Source: Actinomycetes bacterium (GTDB taxonomy: Bacteria; Actinomycetota; Acidimicrobiia; Acidimicrobiales; Ilumatobacteraceae). Taken from it: DNA of 64,000 nucleotides. Shown in pieces: positions 9,674 to 19,665 of the stretch (positions are counted from its first letter, which is position 1; every line of letters begins with the position of its first letter). The stretch is taken from assembly GCA_031410915.1 (NCBI GenBank), contig JANNZY010000147.1, positions 60,846 through 124,845 on the forward strand, written 5' to 3'. Under the pieces are notes generated by a model, which made no database searches, was not told the origin of the DNA, and worked only from the letters and a program-made list of their open reading frames with translations. The position numbers and the translations under genes were made by a program.

Positions 9674-9784
9674 GTGGCTCTCCTTGTGACGAGGGTGGAA
9701 ACGCACGATGCTCCGCTGCGTTTGCAGCGAGCCTGCAGCGTGCACTGCAGGGTTTCTGCAAGCCGTCGGACGGATGTTTGCTGC

Positions 9785-10168
9785 ATGGACACCACGACAA
9801 TCGACAGGTTTTTGGCTGCCGTCGCCGCAGGCAACGGCATCCCATCCGACGTGTACGCGCCGGATGCGACGCTGGACGCGACAGTCCCGAACTGGCGTTT
9901 CGGCGTTCGGGGCAGCGTTGCGATCGCTGCAGAGTACGGACGCTGGTTCGCGGACCCGGCAGAGTTCGAGGAGTTGTCCCGAACGGCGCTCCCCGGCGGC
10001 GAGGTCGTCACCTATCTGTTGACCTGGTCGGAATCGGGCGTGCCCCACGCCGCACACCACTGCCACGTACTCACGACTGATGCAGATGGTCTGATCAGTT
10101 CGGACGTGGTGTTCTGCGGCGGGCGCTGGCCGGCCTCCCTGCTGGCCGACATGGCTGCTGCGTCGTGA
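9785..10168 (+). CDS. NTF2/SnoaL-like fold protein
   Basis: ATG at 9785 (MDTTTIDRFLAAVAAGN...). Size and pattern fit the nuclear-transport-factor-2 superfamily. Its stop overlaps the next start (ATGA at 10165-10168). Confidence 0.5.
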   Translation: MDTTTIDRFLAAVAAGNGIPSDVYAPDATLDATVPNWRFGVRGSVAIAAEYGRWFADPAEFEELSRTALPGGEVVTYLLTWSESGVPHAAHHCHVLTTDADGLISSDVVFCGGRWPASLLADMAAAS

Positions 10169-11184
10169 TGACTCCAACGGTGCCAGCTCGACGTGCACTG
10201 GTCGAATCGGTCGAGGAACTACTGGCCGATGCCCGACGGCTCGGCGAGCATCGCCCGCAAGACTCCCGATCGAGCGCGTTGTTCGAACGGGTCGAGGTGA
10301 ACGGTGAGCGCTGCATCGTCAAGTACGTGCATCCCGAACACGACTTCACCATGCGCGTCTCCGGCGACATCGGCTGCCGGCCGCGACGGGTGTGGGAGTT
10401 GGGCCTGATGGACATCGCGCCCGACGTCATCGACCACGCGACGATCGGGGCAGCTCCATGGGGCCGCAACGGTTGGGGTGTGGCGCTGCTGATGCGCGAC
10501 GTCTCGTCACAACTCGTGCCCGTCGGCGACGACCCGCTACCTGAGGACCACCACCTCCGTTTCATCGATCACTGTACGGCGATGGCGAGTCGGGTCTGGG
10601 GCTGGCACGACGATGTCGACCTGTTGCCACATCGGCTGCGCTGGGAGTGGTTCGGCGCGTCGCAGCTGGAGGGCGAACGCCAGCTCGGCTTTCCCGAGGC
10701 GGTTCCACGCATCGCCGCCGAAGGGTGGGAGCGCTTCGCCGTTCGCGCACCGGCAGCTCTGCTCGGGGCCATCGACGAGCTGCGACACGACGCGACACCG
10801 CTGTCGGACGCGATCCGTTCGACCCCCCGGACGTTCCTGCACGGCGATTGGAAGTTCGGCAACCTCGGCGTGGGTGAGGATGGTCGGACGATCCTGCTCG
10901 ACTGGGCGTATCCGGGCGAGGGACCGATCTGCCACGAGTTGGCGTGGTACCTGGCACTGAACCGGGCCCGCTTGCCGCTCGGACACTCCAAGGAGTCGAC
11001 CATCGCCGACTTCGAGGTCGCGCTGCGCCGAAACGGCGTCGCCACCGACGATTGGTTCGACCGCCAACTCGGACTCTGCCTACTCGGTGGCGCTGTGCAG
11101 TTCGGGTGGGAGAAGGCCTACGGGGACGACGACGAATTCGGATGGTGGTGCTCGGCCGCCACGGCCGGACTCGCGTTGCTGTGA
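10165..11184 (+). CDS. Aminoglycoside-phosphotransferase-like kinase (APH family)
   Basis: Catalytic loop FLHGDWKFGNLG (HxDxxxxN) and LLDWAYPGEGP. Coupled to both neighbouring genes. Confidence 0.7.
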   Translation: MMTPTVPARRALVESVEELLADARRLGEHRPQDSRSSALFERVEVNGERCIVKYVHPEHDFTMRVSGDIGCRPRRVWELGLMDIAPDVIDHATIGAAPWGRNGWGVALLMRDVSSQLVPVGDDPLPEDHHLRFIDHCTAMASRVWGWHDDVDLLPHRLRWEWFGASQLEGERQLGFPEAVPRIAAEGWERFAVRAPAALLGAIDELRHDATPLSDAIRSTPRTFLHGDWKFGNLGVGEDGRTILLDWAYPGEGPICHELAWYLALNRARLPLGHSKESTIADFEVALRRNGVATDDWFDRQLGLCLLGGAVQFGWEKAYGDDDEFGWWCSAATAGLALL

Positions 11185-11975
11185 CGACTGCGGACGCGGC
11201 CATCGCGGCCGCCTACTCCGTCTCCGCGACGGCCTGGCGCGACGGGCCGGCAGCGATCTACGACCGCCTCGCTGACGTGCTGGTCGCCCGCTCGCCGGTC
11301 TCGCTGTGCGGCGCGGACGTCGTCGACATCGGTGCCGGCACGGGGGCGGCCTCGTTCGCGGGCGCACGGGCCGGTGCGCGCTTCGTCGTCGCAGTCGACA
11401 ACGCCGCCGGCATGTTGCACGTCGACAGCGGTCGGCGGCCGCCGTCGCTCGTCGCCAGTGCATTGTGCCTGCCGTTCGTTGCCGGCGCGTTCGATGTCGC
11501 GTTGGCCGCGTTCTCCTTCAACCACGTGGACAATCCCGCTGCAGCGTTCACTGAAGCGGCGCGGGTCGTGCGGCGCGGCGGTGCTGTGCTGGCGGCTGTG
11601 TACGCCGCGGACGACACCCATCCAGTGAAGGCAGCGGTGGAGCACTCGTTGCGAGAGCACGGTTGGGGGCCGGAGAGCTGGCTCGTCGAGATGCACGACA
11701 ACCGGGCGCCGCGACTGGCAACCGTCGAGGCGTGCACCGACGTACTGCGGTCGACCGGACTGCACGCCGACGTCGCTACGGAGCGGGTGGACTTCGCCGA
11801 CCTCGAACCGCGACAACTGGTGGCGTGGCGGCTCGGCATGGCGCAGCACGCGCCGTTCGTGAGGACCCTCTCCGAGCGTCACCGCGAGGCGGTCGTACGC
11901 GACGCGCTCGACATGCTCGGCGATGACGCGCCGCCGCTCGTGCGGTCGATCATCGTGGCCACGATCCGCTGCTGA
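11181..11975 (+). CDS. Class I SAM-dependent methyltransferase
   Basis: GTG at 11181 overlaps the upstream TGA (GTGA). Motif I is VVDIGAGTGAAS, followed by FDVALAAFSFNHV and VVRRGGAVL. Confidence 0.75.
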   Translation: MTTADAAIAAAYSVSATAWRDGPAAIYDRLADVLVARSPVSLCGADVVDIGAGTGAASFAGARAGARFVVAVDNAAGMLHVDSGRRPPSLVASALCLPFVAGAFDVALAAFSFNHVDNPAAAFTEAARVVRRGGAVLAAVYAADDTHPVKAAVEHSLREHGWGPESWLVEMHDNRAPRLATVEACTDVLRSTGLHADVATERVDFADLEPRQLVAWRLGMAQHAPFVRTLSERHREAVVRDALDMLGDDAPPLVRSIIVATIRC

Positions 11976-14900
11976 GCTGCGCCGACCGCTCGTCCGCCTC
12001 GCGTCGCAGCTCGTCGTCGCGGAACGTGCGTCCGAGCGCATCGAGGAGACGAGGTAGTTCCAGAGCAGCGCACCCGCGCAACGTCGTCAACGAACGATCG
12101 ATTCGATCCCGGTCGCCGTCTGCTCCGGCCAGCGCGAGTTGGACATGAGCCAGCGCTGCGTACCTGGCGGTGCCGCGGCCCACCGCATCGTCCATGACAA
12201 CTGTGGCCAGTTCGGCGGCCCGCGCGTCGTCGCCCGCAGCGTGAGCCACTCGGGCGCGAACCAGCCCGAGTCGATGTCGCTGGTGCCACGCCATCGTGCC
12301 GTTCCAGGTCTCGATCGCAGCCAGGAGCCGCAGCGCCGACGCCGCCCCGTCGAAATCCTCGCGGGCGAGATGTCCGTCGGCCAGATCCAGCCAGCCGACC
12401 CAATAGGCCTCAGCCAAGCCCTCCGAGTTCGGACCAGATCCATCGGACGCGCCGTTGAGCGCAATCGCGGACATGTTCAGCTCGTCGGCCTCGGCCAGGC
12501 GACCGGCGCCGCGCAGCACCCACGCCCGTACGTTGCGCTCGACGGCACGGAACCGTTGCCCGACCGCCCCGGCGGCGTCGATCGCATCCCGGAACTCCCC
12601 GCAGGCCAACAGGGCATCGGCGACGCGGCCCAATTGCCCGAGCGCGAACACCCGCCCGAATCGTCCGTGCAACGGCGCAAACGGATGCGCCAGATGCGAC
12701 GGGTCGATCAGCGCATGGTCGATCAGTTCGAGCGCTTCACTCGGCCGCCCCTCGTGCACGCGAAGGTGGCCGAGCCAGACCTCGGCGACACCCCGCACGG
12801 CCGGAGGGCTCGCCAGCGCGTCGACGAGGCGACGCTGCGCGCCGGCGGTGTCACCGCCACCGTGTCGCACCCGCCCCCCGAGCGCCAGTCCACTGGCGCG
12901 GACCGGGCTCGTCGGATCGGCCCGCTCGACGGCTTCATCGGCGTAGCGCTGCGCGCTCTCGTAACGCCTGCGGTAGTAGTCCACCCAGCCGGCCACCTCC
13001 AGCGCACTCGGACCCCCGCCCAGTTCGATCGCGCGCACGGCCTCGACAGCGGCCTCGTCGAGCCGCTGCGCAGACATCAGCACGCGTGCCAACCGAGTGT
13101 GAATGTCAGCTCGGTCGATGGCGTGCAGCGATGCGCGCAGGTGGTCTTCGGCCGACGACAGGTCCGAGCGGGCCAACGACAGCGCCGCGGCATCGCGAAA
13201 GGCGTCCGCGGCGATCGTCGTCGCGCCGCCGAGGCGGGCATGCACTGCAACCGCGAGGACATCGCCCCCTGGCCGCTCCTGCAGCACGCGCGCCGCGTCG
13301 CGGTGCAGCAACGCGCGTCGAGCGGCACCGGTCGTCGCGACCAGTGCTTCACGCACGAGCGCGTGACGGAAGACGAAGCCCGCTCCGCTCTCGTCGAGCA
13401 GGCCGACACTCGCCGCCCGCTCCATCCGTTCGATGACATCGATCGCCGACACATCCATGACCGCAGCGAGGAGGTCGACATCCAGCGCCGCATCCAGCAC
13501 GGCACCGACGCGGACCACGTCGGCGGCGTCCTGATCGAGCCGGCTCAACGTGCTGGCCACCGTCTGCTGCACCGTGTGCGGTAACTCGTCGTCGTCTCCT
13601 TGGGTCGCACCGGCCAGTGCCAGCGCGAACAGCGGGTTGCCCCCGCTCCGTCGATAGACGGCGTCGGCGCGGATTGCGTCACCGTCGACATCGATCAGTG
13701 CCTCGATGGCCGCTCGGTCGAGCGGGCCGACAGCGACCTCGACGGCTCCGCTGACCCCGGTGCCTGGCCGCCCGACGACCACGACCAGCAGTGCTCCGGC
13801 GCGCCCTTGGACCCACCGCATCCACTCGGACGTCGTGCGGTCGGCCCGCTCCGCGTTCTCGAGCACCAACACGAGCGGCGACGCTTCAGTGGTCAGTGCA
13901 GCGAGCACGGCGGCGAACCAACGCGCCTGATCGCCGCCCGTGTCGGGCACGGTCGTCGCCGGGCGATCGCCGATGCCGACCGCAGCTGCGACCGCTGCAT
14001 CGATCCCCGCCGCGTCGAGCAGCGGCTGCAGCGGCAGATCGCGACCGAGTTCGTCGGCACGCGTCACCCGGATCCGCGCTCGCGAACGGCGAGCTCGATC
14101 GATGAAGTGCTCGACGAGCGCGGTTTTGCCGATGCCGGCCTCGCCGACCACGACGACCACTCGAGCCGTCGCTTGCAGATCCGCCAGCTGGGCGTCGAGC
14201 AGCGCAACCTCGCGATCGCGCCCGATCAGCCTGGCTCGTGGCCGTTCCACGAGCGCGACGTCGACGTCGCCGGCGGTCAGCAGCGCCGAGTGCAATGCCT
14301 CGGTCTCCGCGCTCGGCGACACGCCGAGCTCCTCGGCCAAGTGCCTGCGAAGCTTTGCATACGACGCAAGTGCGGACGCCGCTCTTCCCGACGCGGTCTG
14401 GGCTTGCATCAGGACGCGCAACGACACCTCGTCGAACGGGTCGGCGACCAGCGCGGCCTCGGCCGCGAGTTCAGCGGTGACGTGATCTCCGGCCTGCAGC
14501 GCCGCTGCTGCGACCAAACCACGAGCGCGGGTCACCGACGCGGCCACGGCGGCCCGTTCGGGCTCCAACCACTCACCATCGTCTTCGGGGAGTACGTCAC
14601 CGCGCGCCAGTGCCAGTGCTGCGTCCGCCGCCGCCCGCGCCGCAGCGAGCCGACCGTCGCGCAACGCCGACGATGCCTCCACCACCAGATCGCGCAGCGC
14701 GTCGACATCGAGCCAATCGACTCGCAAGGTGAACCCGGCCTCTGAGCGGGACAACCGATCCGAGCCCAGGGTCTTACGCAACCGTGACACGAGCACGCCG
14801 AGCTGATCGCTGGGATGCGACGGCGCTTCGTCACCCCAGAGCACCTCAGTGAGCGTCGCGACCGAGACGGGTGTGCCGCGAGCGACGGCCAGCACTTTGA

Positions 14901-15000
14901 CGAGCAGCCGACCCTTGCGGCTACCGAGATCGCTCTCGGTCACGCCCTCCACGGCGAGGCCGCCGAGCAGTCGAACTCGAAGCGAAGCCGAGGTGGTCAT
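11950..15000 (-). CDS. SARP/AfsR-like regulator: winged-helix plus BTAD, P-loop NTPase, TPR-like repeats
   Basis: 1016 aa. N-terminus LRVRLLGGLAVEG...LLVKVLAVARGTPVSVATLTEVLW, BTAD region, Walker A VVGEAGIGKTAL, and a long helical-repeat C-terminus. Confidence 0.8.
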   Translation of the reverse strand: MTTSASLRVRLLGGLAVEGVTESDLGSRKGRLLVKVLAVARGTPVSVATLTEVLWGDEAPSHPSDQLGVLVSRLRKTLGSDRLSRSEAGFTLRVDWLDVDALRDLVVEASSALRDGRLAAARAAADAALALARGDVLPEDDGEWLEPERAAVAASVTRARGLVAAAALQAGDHVTAELAAEAALVADPFDEVSLRVLMQAQTASGRAASALASYAKLRRHLAEELGVSPSAETEALHSALLTAGDVDVALVERPRARLIGRDREVALLDAQLADLQATARVVVVVGEAGIGKTALVEHFIDRARRSRARIRVTRADELGRDLPLQPLLDAAGIDAAVAAAVGIGDRPATTVPDTGGDQARWFAAVLAALTTEASPLVLVLENAERADRTTSEWMRWVQGRAGALLVVVVGRPGTGVSGAVEVAVGPLDRAAIEALIDVDGDAIRADAVYRRSGGNPLFALALAGATQGDDDELPHTVQQTVASTLSRLDQDAADVVRVGAVLDAALDVDLLAAVMDVSAIDVIERMERAASVGLLDESGAGFVFRHALVREALVATTGAARRALLHRDAARVLQERPGGDVLAVAVHARLGGATTIAADAFRDAAALSLARSDLSSAEDHLRASLHAIDRADIHTRLARVLMSAQRLDEAAVEAVRAIELGGGPSALEVAGWVDYYRRRYESAQRYADEAVERADPTSPVRASGLALGGRVRHGGGDTAGAQRRLVDALASPPAVRGVAEVWLGHLRVHEGRPSEALELIDHALIDPSHLAHPFAPLHGRFGRVFALGQLGRVADALLACGEFRDAIDAAGAVGQRFRAVERNVRAWVLRGAGRLAEADELNMSAIALNGASDGSGPNSEGLAEAYWVGWLDLADGHLAREDFDGAASALRLLAAIETWNGTMAWHQRHRLGLVRARVAHAAGDDARAAELATVVMDDAVGRGTARYAALAHVQLALAGADGDRDRIDRSLTTLRGCAALELPRLLDALGRTFRDDELRREADERSAQLSSGSWPR

Positions 15001-15246
15001 CCCGGTGCAGTCGCGGCCTCAGCCGGCGGCCATCTCCATCGGGGCCGCGATTACGCACGACATGTCCATCACAGGCGGCCGACAGTACCAGTGCTCGGGG
15101 GTCACGTCGGTCACGCTTCGGCGACATCAGGGGTAGGGTGACATTCCTTCTGGGACGAGTCGCCTCGTTTGGGCAGGACGGCCCTGGCGCTGTCGACCCG
15201 TGCAGGCTCGACGCCTCGACCTTCCACGTCGAGGAGCTCTCCGCCC

Positions 15247-16449
15247 ATGCCCAACGGCCCGTTTCGTCATCCCGGTTCGCCGTCCGCTGATCGCTCCATC
15301 GCGACACGGATCGGCATCCTCAGCACGTATCCGCCGAAGCTGTGCGGCCTGGCGACGTTCGCCGCGGCACTGGAGTTGGAGCTGGTTCGCGCCGGGAATC
15401 GGGTGGACATCGTGCGCATCGACGACGGTGATCCCACCGACGAGATCGTGACGCGGCGACCGAAGTCCGTCATCGCCGACCTCGTCAATGGCGACGCGAG
15501 CTCCATCCGTCGTGCGGCTGCGGTGTTGTCGCGGTCGGACGTGGCCATCATCCAGCACGAATACGGCATCTTCGGCGGCGTCGACGGCGACGAGGTGTTG
15601 GACCTCATGGGCTTGCTCTCGATCCCGGCAATCGTCGTGTTGCACACGGTTCCACTCGTGCCGACGCCGCACCAGCGGTCCGTACTGGAGTCGGTCGTCG
15701 AGCTGGCCGAGCGCGTCGTGGTCATGTCGCCGACGGCGCACGAGCGCCTCGTGTCGGGCTATCCGGTCGACCGGCGCAAGGTGGCATTGATCCCGCACGG
15801 CGCCGCCGTGCCGGCGTTCGAACACGATGACGAAGAATTCGCAAGCACCGCCCGGCCGCAGCTGCTGACGTGGGGCCTGCTCGGGCCGGGCAAGGGCATC
15901 GAGCACGTCATCGACGCGCTGTCGCTGTACGGCGACATGTCACATCGGCCGCGCTACACCGTCGCCGGCGTCACCCATCCAAAGGTGTTCGCCCGCGATG
16001 GCGACGAGTACCGCATGTCGCTGATCCGCCGGTCGTGGTCGGTCGGCGTGGCCGGCTCGGTGTCGTTCGACGACACCTACCGCGACGTGCCGGCGCTCAC
16101 CCGGTTCGTCTCGTCGGCGACCGCCATCGTGCTGCCGTACGACTCGCGCGATCAAGTCACGTCCGGCGTCCTCGTCGACGCCATTGCGGCAGGCCGGCCC
16201 GTCGTCGCGACGGCGTTCCCGCACGCGGTCGAACTGCTCGCGTCCGGAGCGGGCATCGTCGTGCCGCACGAGGATCCGATCGCGCTGGCCGAGGCGATCC
16301 AGTCGCTGTCCGATCGCGACGTGTTGGAGTCGATGGCCAGTGAGGCCCGTCGCCTGGCCCCGTCGCTCAGCTGGAAGGCAGTTGCCAGCCGCTATGCGGC
16401 GCTCGCCGACGCGCTCGCGAGAACCGAACGCGAGCCGGTCGCGATATGA
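15247..16449 (+). CDS. GT4-family glycosyltransferase
   Basis: ATG at 15247 is preceded by GAGGAG; an alternative start lies at 15169. IGILSTYPPKLCGLATF is the N-terminal Rossmann segment, and the C-terminal GT1/GT4 motif is VLPYDSRDQVTSGVLVDAIAAGRPVVAT. Confidence 0.8.
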   Translation: MPNGPFRHPGSPSADRSIATRIGILSTYPPKLCGLATFAAALELELVRAGNRVDIVRIDDGDPTDEIVTRRPKSVIADLVNGDASSIRRAAAVLSRSDVAIIQHEYGIFGGVDGDEVLDLMGLLSIPAIVVLHTVPLVPTPHQRSVLESVVELAERVVVMSPTAHERLVSGYPVDRRKVALIPHGAAVPAFEHDDEEFASTARPQLLTWGLLGPGKGIEHVIDALSLYGDMSHRPRYTVAGVTHPKVFARDGDEYRMSLIRRSWSVGVAGSVSFDDTYRDVPALTRFVSSATAIVLPYDSRDQVTSGVLVDAIAAGRPVVATAFPHAVELLASGAGIVVPHEDPIALAEAIQSLSDRDVLESMASEARRLAPSLSWKAVASRYAALADALARTEREPVAI

Positions 16450-17447
16450 ACATCCCGTACCGCTTCGATCACCTCGCTCGGATGAGCGACTCGCGCGGAT
16501 TGTTCGAACACGCGCTCGGCACGACACCGCGCACCGAGCACGGTTACTGCACCGACGACAACGCTCGCCTGCTCGTGGTGACCACCCGAGCCGAAGACGT
16601 TGGCCTGGCTGGTCGTCTCGGCCGACTGGCGTTGGCATTCGTGCTCGACGCGCAGGCCGTGGACGGCCGCAGCCGCAACCGGATGAACCATGCCGGCCGA
16701 TGGACCGACACCGCCGGTACCGAGGACTGCTGGGGTCGTGGCCTGTGGGCCCTCGGCGCGACGGCGGCTCACCACATCGACTTCTCGATGCGCGACTGGT
16801 CACAGCGCGGATTCGACCAGGGCGTGCGACAGCGATCGCGCTGGCCGCGCGCCATGGCGTTCGCAGCCCTCGGCGCGGCGGAAGTCCTCGTCAACGATCC
16901 AGATCATCACGAGGCGCGGCGACTCTTGTTCGACGCCGTCGCCGCGATCGGCGAGGTGCCGGCCGGATCGTGGTCGTGGCCCGAACACCGCCTGCGTTAC
17001 GCCAACGCCGCACTCGCCGAGGCCGTGATCGCCGCCGGACACGCGCTGGACGACAGCACGATCCTCGATCGTGGCCTGACGATGCTCGGCTGGTTGCTGG
17101 ATCTGGAGACCGCCCCCGGACACCTGTCCGTCGTGGGCACCGCAGGTCGAGGCCCGGGCGACGACGCCCCGCAGTTCGACCAACAGCCGATCGAGATCGC
17201 GGCGATGGCCGACGCCTGCTGGAGGGCGTCGGTCGTGACGCGTGACCGATCGTGGTTGCGCGGGGTGGCAGCGGCCGCGCAATGGTTCGCCGGCGACAAC
17301 GACACCGGCCAACGAATGTACGACGACGAGTCAGGTGGCGCTTTCGATGGGTTGCAACCGAATCGGGTGAACATCAACCAGGGTGCCGAGTCGACGCTCG
17401 CGTTCGTGTCGACGATGCAACTAGCGGAGTCACTGGCTCCGCTGTGA
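16446..17447 (+). CDS. Conserved hypothetical protein inside the glycosyl operon
   Basis: 333 aa and protein-like (MNIPYRFDHLARMSDSRGLFEHA...). ATGA overlap at 16446-16449 with the GT4 gene and GTGA overlap at its 3' end. Confidence 0.6.
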   Translation: MNIPYRFDHLARMSDSRGLFEHALGTTPRTEHGYCTDDNARLLVVTTRAEDVGLAGRLGRLALAFVLDAQAVDGRSRNRMNHAGRWTDTAGTEDCWGRGLWALGATAAHHIDFSMRDWSQRGFDQGVRQRSRWPRAMAFAALGAAEVLVNDPDHHEARRLLFDAVAAIGEVPAGSWSWPEHRLRYANAALAEAVIAAGHALDDSTILDRGLTMLGWLLDLETAPGHLSVVGTAGRGPGDDAPQFDQQPIEIAAMADACWRASVVTRDRSWLRGVAAAAQWFAGDNDTGQRMYDDESGGAFDGLQPNRVNINQGAESTLAFVSTMQLAESLAPL

Positions 17448-18733
17448 CGGTTGCGCTGCCCGAGGTGGAGCTGACGGACACTGGCATCGAGATGCTCCCT
17501 GATCCGACTCGGGTGGTCACGCGCTACTTCGTGCCCGGTCGTGAAGACGTCGGACCGACCGGATCCCGCGCGCCTGCTGTGATCGGACGCATCCTGGCGT
17601 TGACCGAGGAACAGGTCGAGGCGGCGATGCGCGACGTCGACGATCGTTTCGGGGCGCGTCATCCCGATCTGCACCGGACCTTCGAGCATCACGCCCGACG
17701 AATCGCCGACGGCAGTGGCGTGGACCTCGGCACGAGCCCGGCGCGCCGGCTGCTGCTGGGCGCTTCATTCACCCACGAGTACGCGATCGAAGGCGCTGCG
17801 TTGTGCAACCCGAGTGGCGTGTTGTTCGGGCCGGAGGCCGACGACGGAGGTCGCCCGTTCGCCCTCAGTCTGCGCGGGATCGGTGAAGGGCACCGCTCGT
17901 CGGTGTCGTTCCGCAGCGGGGCCGTGCACGCCGACGGCACGATCGAAATCGACACGCCCGGCTCACACCCGAGTCTCGAACAGGCAACAACGACGATTGG
18001 TCCATCGTCGTACCGGGTCCGGTTCGACGAATCGACCCTGTTGTCCCAGCGCGTGCTGTGGCCGCAGGACGAGACGGAGCGCCAGGGCATGGAGGACGTT
18101 CGACTCGTTCGATTCGAGCACGATGACGACATCACCTACTACGGCACGTACACAGCGTTCGACGGCGTCAACATCGGCCAGCGCCTGCTGCAGACCGAAG
18201 ACTTCACGACGTTCGAGATGTCGCCGATGACCGGCGCGGTCGCGTCCGGCAAGGGACTCGCGTTGTTCCCGCGCCTCGTCGGTGGGCGCTTCGTCGCATT
18301 GACACGATCAGACAGGGAGACGAACGCAATCGCGTTCTCCGACGACTTGCGCGAGTGGCGGACGTCGCATCCGATCCAGATCCCGACCGAGCCGTGGGAG
18401 ATGCTGCAGCTCGGCAACTGCGGCTCACCGATCGAGACGGAGGCCGGGTGGGTCGTGATCACCCATGGTGTCGGGCCGATGCGCACGTACGCGCTGGGCG
18501 CCCTGTTGCTCGACCTCGAGCATCCCGAACGCGTCGTCGGCCGCAGTCGCCTGCCGATCATCACGCCGGCCGACGCGCGCCGCGACGGCTACGTGCCGAA
18601 CGTCGTCTACTCCTGCGGTGCGTTCGCACACGGCGACACCCTCGTGCTGCCGTACGGCCTGGCGGACCAGTCGATACGAATCGCGACGCTGTCACTCAGC
18701 CAGCTGGTCGCTGCGCTGGTCGCCCAACCCTGA
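17444..18733 (+). CDS. GH130-like glycosidase/phosphorylase-related protein with about 170-aa N-terminal extension
   Basis: GTG at 17444 overlaps the upstream TGA. The C-terminal part has GH130-type segments YYGTYTAFDG, GWVVITHGVGP, ALLLDLEHPERV, NVVYSCGA and LPYGLADQ. Confidence 0.7.
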   Translation: MTVALPEVELTDTGIEMLPDPTRVVTRYFVPGREDVGPTGSRAPAVIGRILALTEEQVEAAMRDVDDRFGARHPDLHRTFEHHARRIADGSGVDLGTSPARRLLLGASFTHEYAIEGAALCNPSGVLFGPEADDGGRPFALSLRGIGEGHRSSVSFRSGAVHADGTIEIDTPGSHPSLEQATTTIGPSSYRVRFDESTLLSQRVLWPQDETERQGMEDVRLVRFEHDDDITYYGTYTAFDGVNIGQRLLQTEDFTTFEMSPMTGAVASGKGLALFPRLVGGRFVALTRSDRETNAIAFSDDLREWRTSHPIQIPTEPWEMLQLGNCGSPIETEAGWVVITHGVGPMRTYALGALLLDLEHPERVVGRSRLPIITPADARRDGYVPNVVYSCGAFAHGDTLVLPYGLADQSIRIATLSLSQLVAALVAQP

Positions 18734-19531
18734 AGCGATCGGTGCGCGCAGGCCCGGGTGGGTGATGAGCACCGGACAGGCACCCGCGTCGGCAACAGAC
18801 AGCGCGACGGAGCCGAAGAGGGATGTCTTGAAGCCGCTGCGGCCGCGCGAACCAATCGCGATCAGGTCCGTCTCGTGGCTGAGATCGATCAGCACATCGG
18901 CCGGCTCACCGCGCCGAACGACACCGGTGACCGGAGCGTGCGTCCGCTCGGCGCATTCGTCGATCGCGCGTTGCAGCAGAGCTTCGGCCTCGCACGCAGA
19001 GGTCGATCCGTCGGCGACGTGCACGAGTCGCAGACCGGCTCCCCGCACGGTCGCCTCGGCGCACGACCAGTCCAACGCAATGCCGGATGCGGACGAGCCG
19101 TCGACACCGACTGTGATGGTGCGCACCGGTCGAAGGCCGGTACCTCGCACGATCACCACCGGGCACGGACTCGTGCGGCTCGCCGACCGTGTGACGGAGC
19201 CGAGCAGCATGGCGTGTGCGGTGCCGTGGGTGGACGCACCGAGGACGAGCACACTCGCAGTTCGGGCTGCCTCCACCAGCGCGTCGCGGGGGTCCAGATG
19301 CGTCGTCGTCATGCTGACGCTCAGCGGGGGGAACCGCCTCTGCAGCGATTCCACTGCTCGTTCGAGGCAATGGGTCTGCAGCTCGCCGGCGCGGTAGAAG
19401 TCGACCTCGGCAGGGGGTGTGCTGCACGACATGACGCGCAGCGACGTGTCGCGCGCACCGGCTTCGCAAGCTGCCCAGAGCAACGCTTCGTATGCTGTCG
19501 CCGTACCGTCGAAGCCGACCAGGACGTCCAT
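18692..19531 (-). CDS. Tandem universal stress protein (two Usp domains)
   Basis: ATG at 19531 (MDVLVGFDGT...). First domain has VLVLGASTHG...GSVTRSASRTSPCPVVIV. Second domain has LIAIGSRGRSGFKTSLFGSVALSVADAGACPVLI. Confidence 0.85.
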   Translation of the reverse strand: MDVLVGFDGTATAYEALLWAACEAGARDTSLRVMSCSTPPAEVDFYRAGELQTHCLERAVESLQRRFPPLSVSMTTTHLDPRDALVEAARTASVLVLGASTHGTAHAMLLGSVTRSASRTSPCPVVIVRGTGLRPVRTITVGVDGSSASGIALDWSCAEATVRGAGLRLVHVADGSTSACEAEALLQRAIDECAERTHAPVTGVVRRGEPADVLIDLSHETDLIAIGSRGRSGFKTSLFGSVALSVADAGACPVLITHPGLRAPIASGLGDQRSDQLAE

Positions 19532-19610
19532 GTGATCATCGTGCCGTGTCGGTCGCCGGCTCACTAGGGCCATGTGTCAGTAGTCGCGAGGGATTCGTGC
19601 GCAGACGCGA

Positions 19611-19641
19611 CGATGCCCGGCCGAGTGTCGGCCGGGCATCG
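19611..19641 (-). terminator. 13-bp GC-rich hairpin downstream of the 19666..20322 gene (no U tract)
   Basis: CGATGCCCGGCCG-AGTGT-CGGCCGGGCATCG sits 25 nt after the minus-strand stop codon. Confidence 0.45.
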
Positions 19642-19665
19642 TTCGGGAATCCGCGCTGGAGAGTG

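Noticed and set aside
15193-15233. Four TCGAC/TCGAG pentamers upstream of the GT4 gene, considered as possible SARP heptad direct repeats.
   Set aside because: Spacings are 15, 8 and 13 nt rather than the 11/22-nt periodicity expected for SARP boxes. They lie within 55 nt of the start codon, so they are likely UTR, and part of them forms a simple hairpin.
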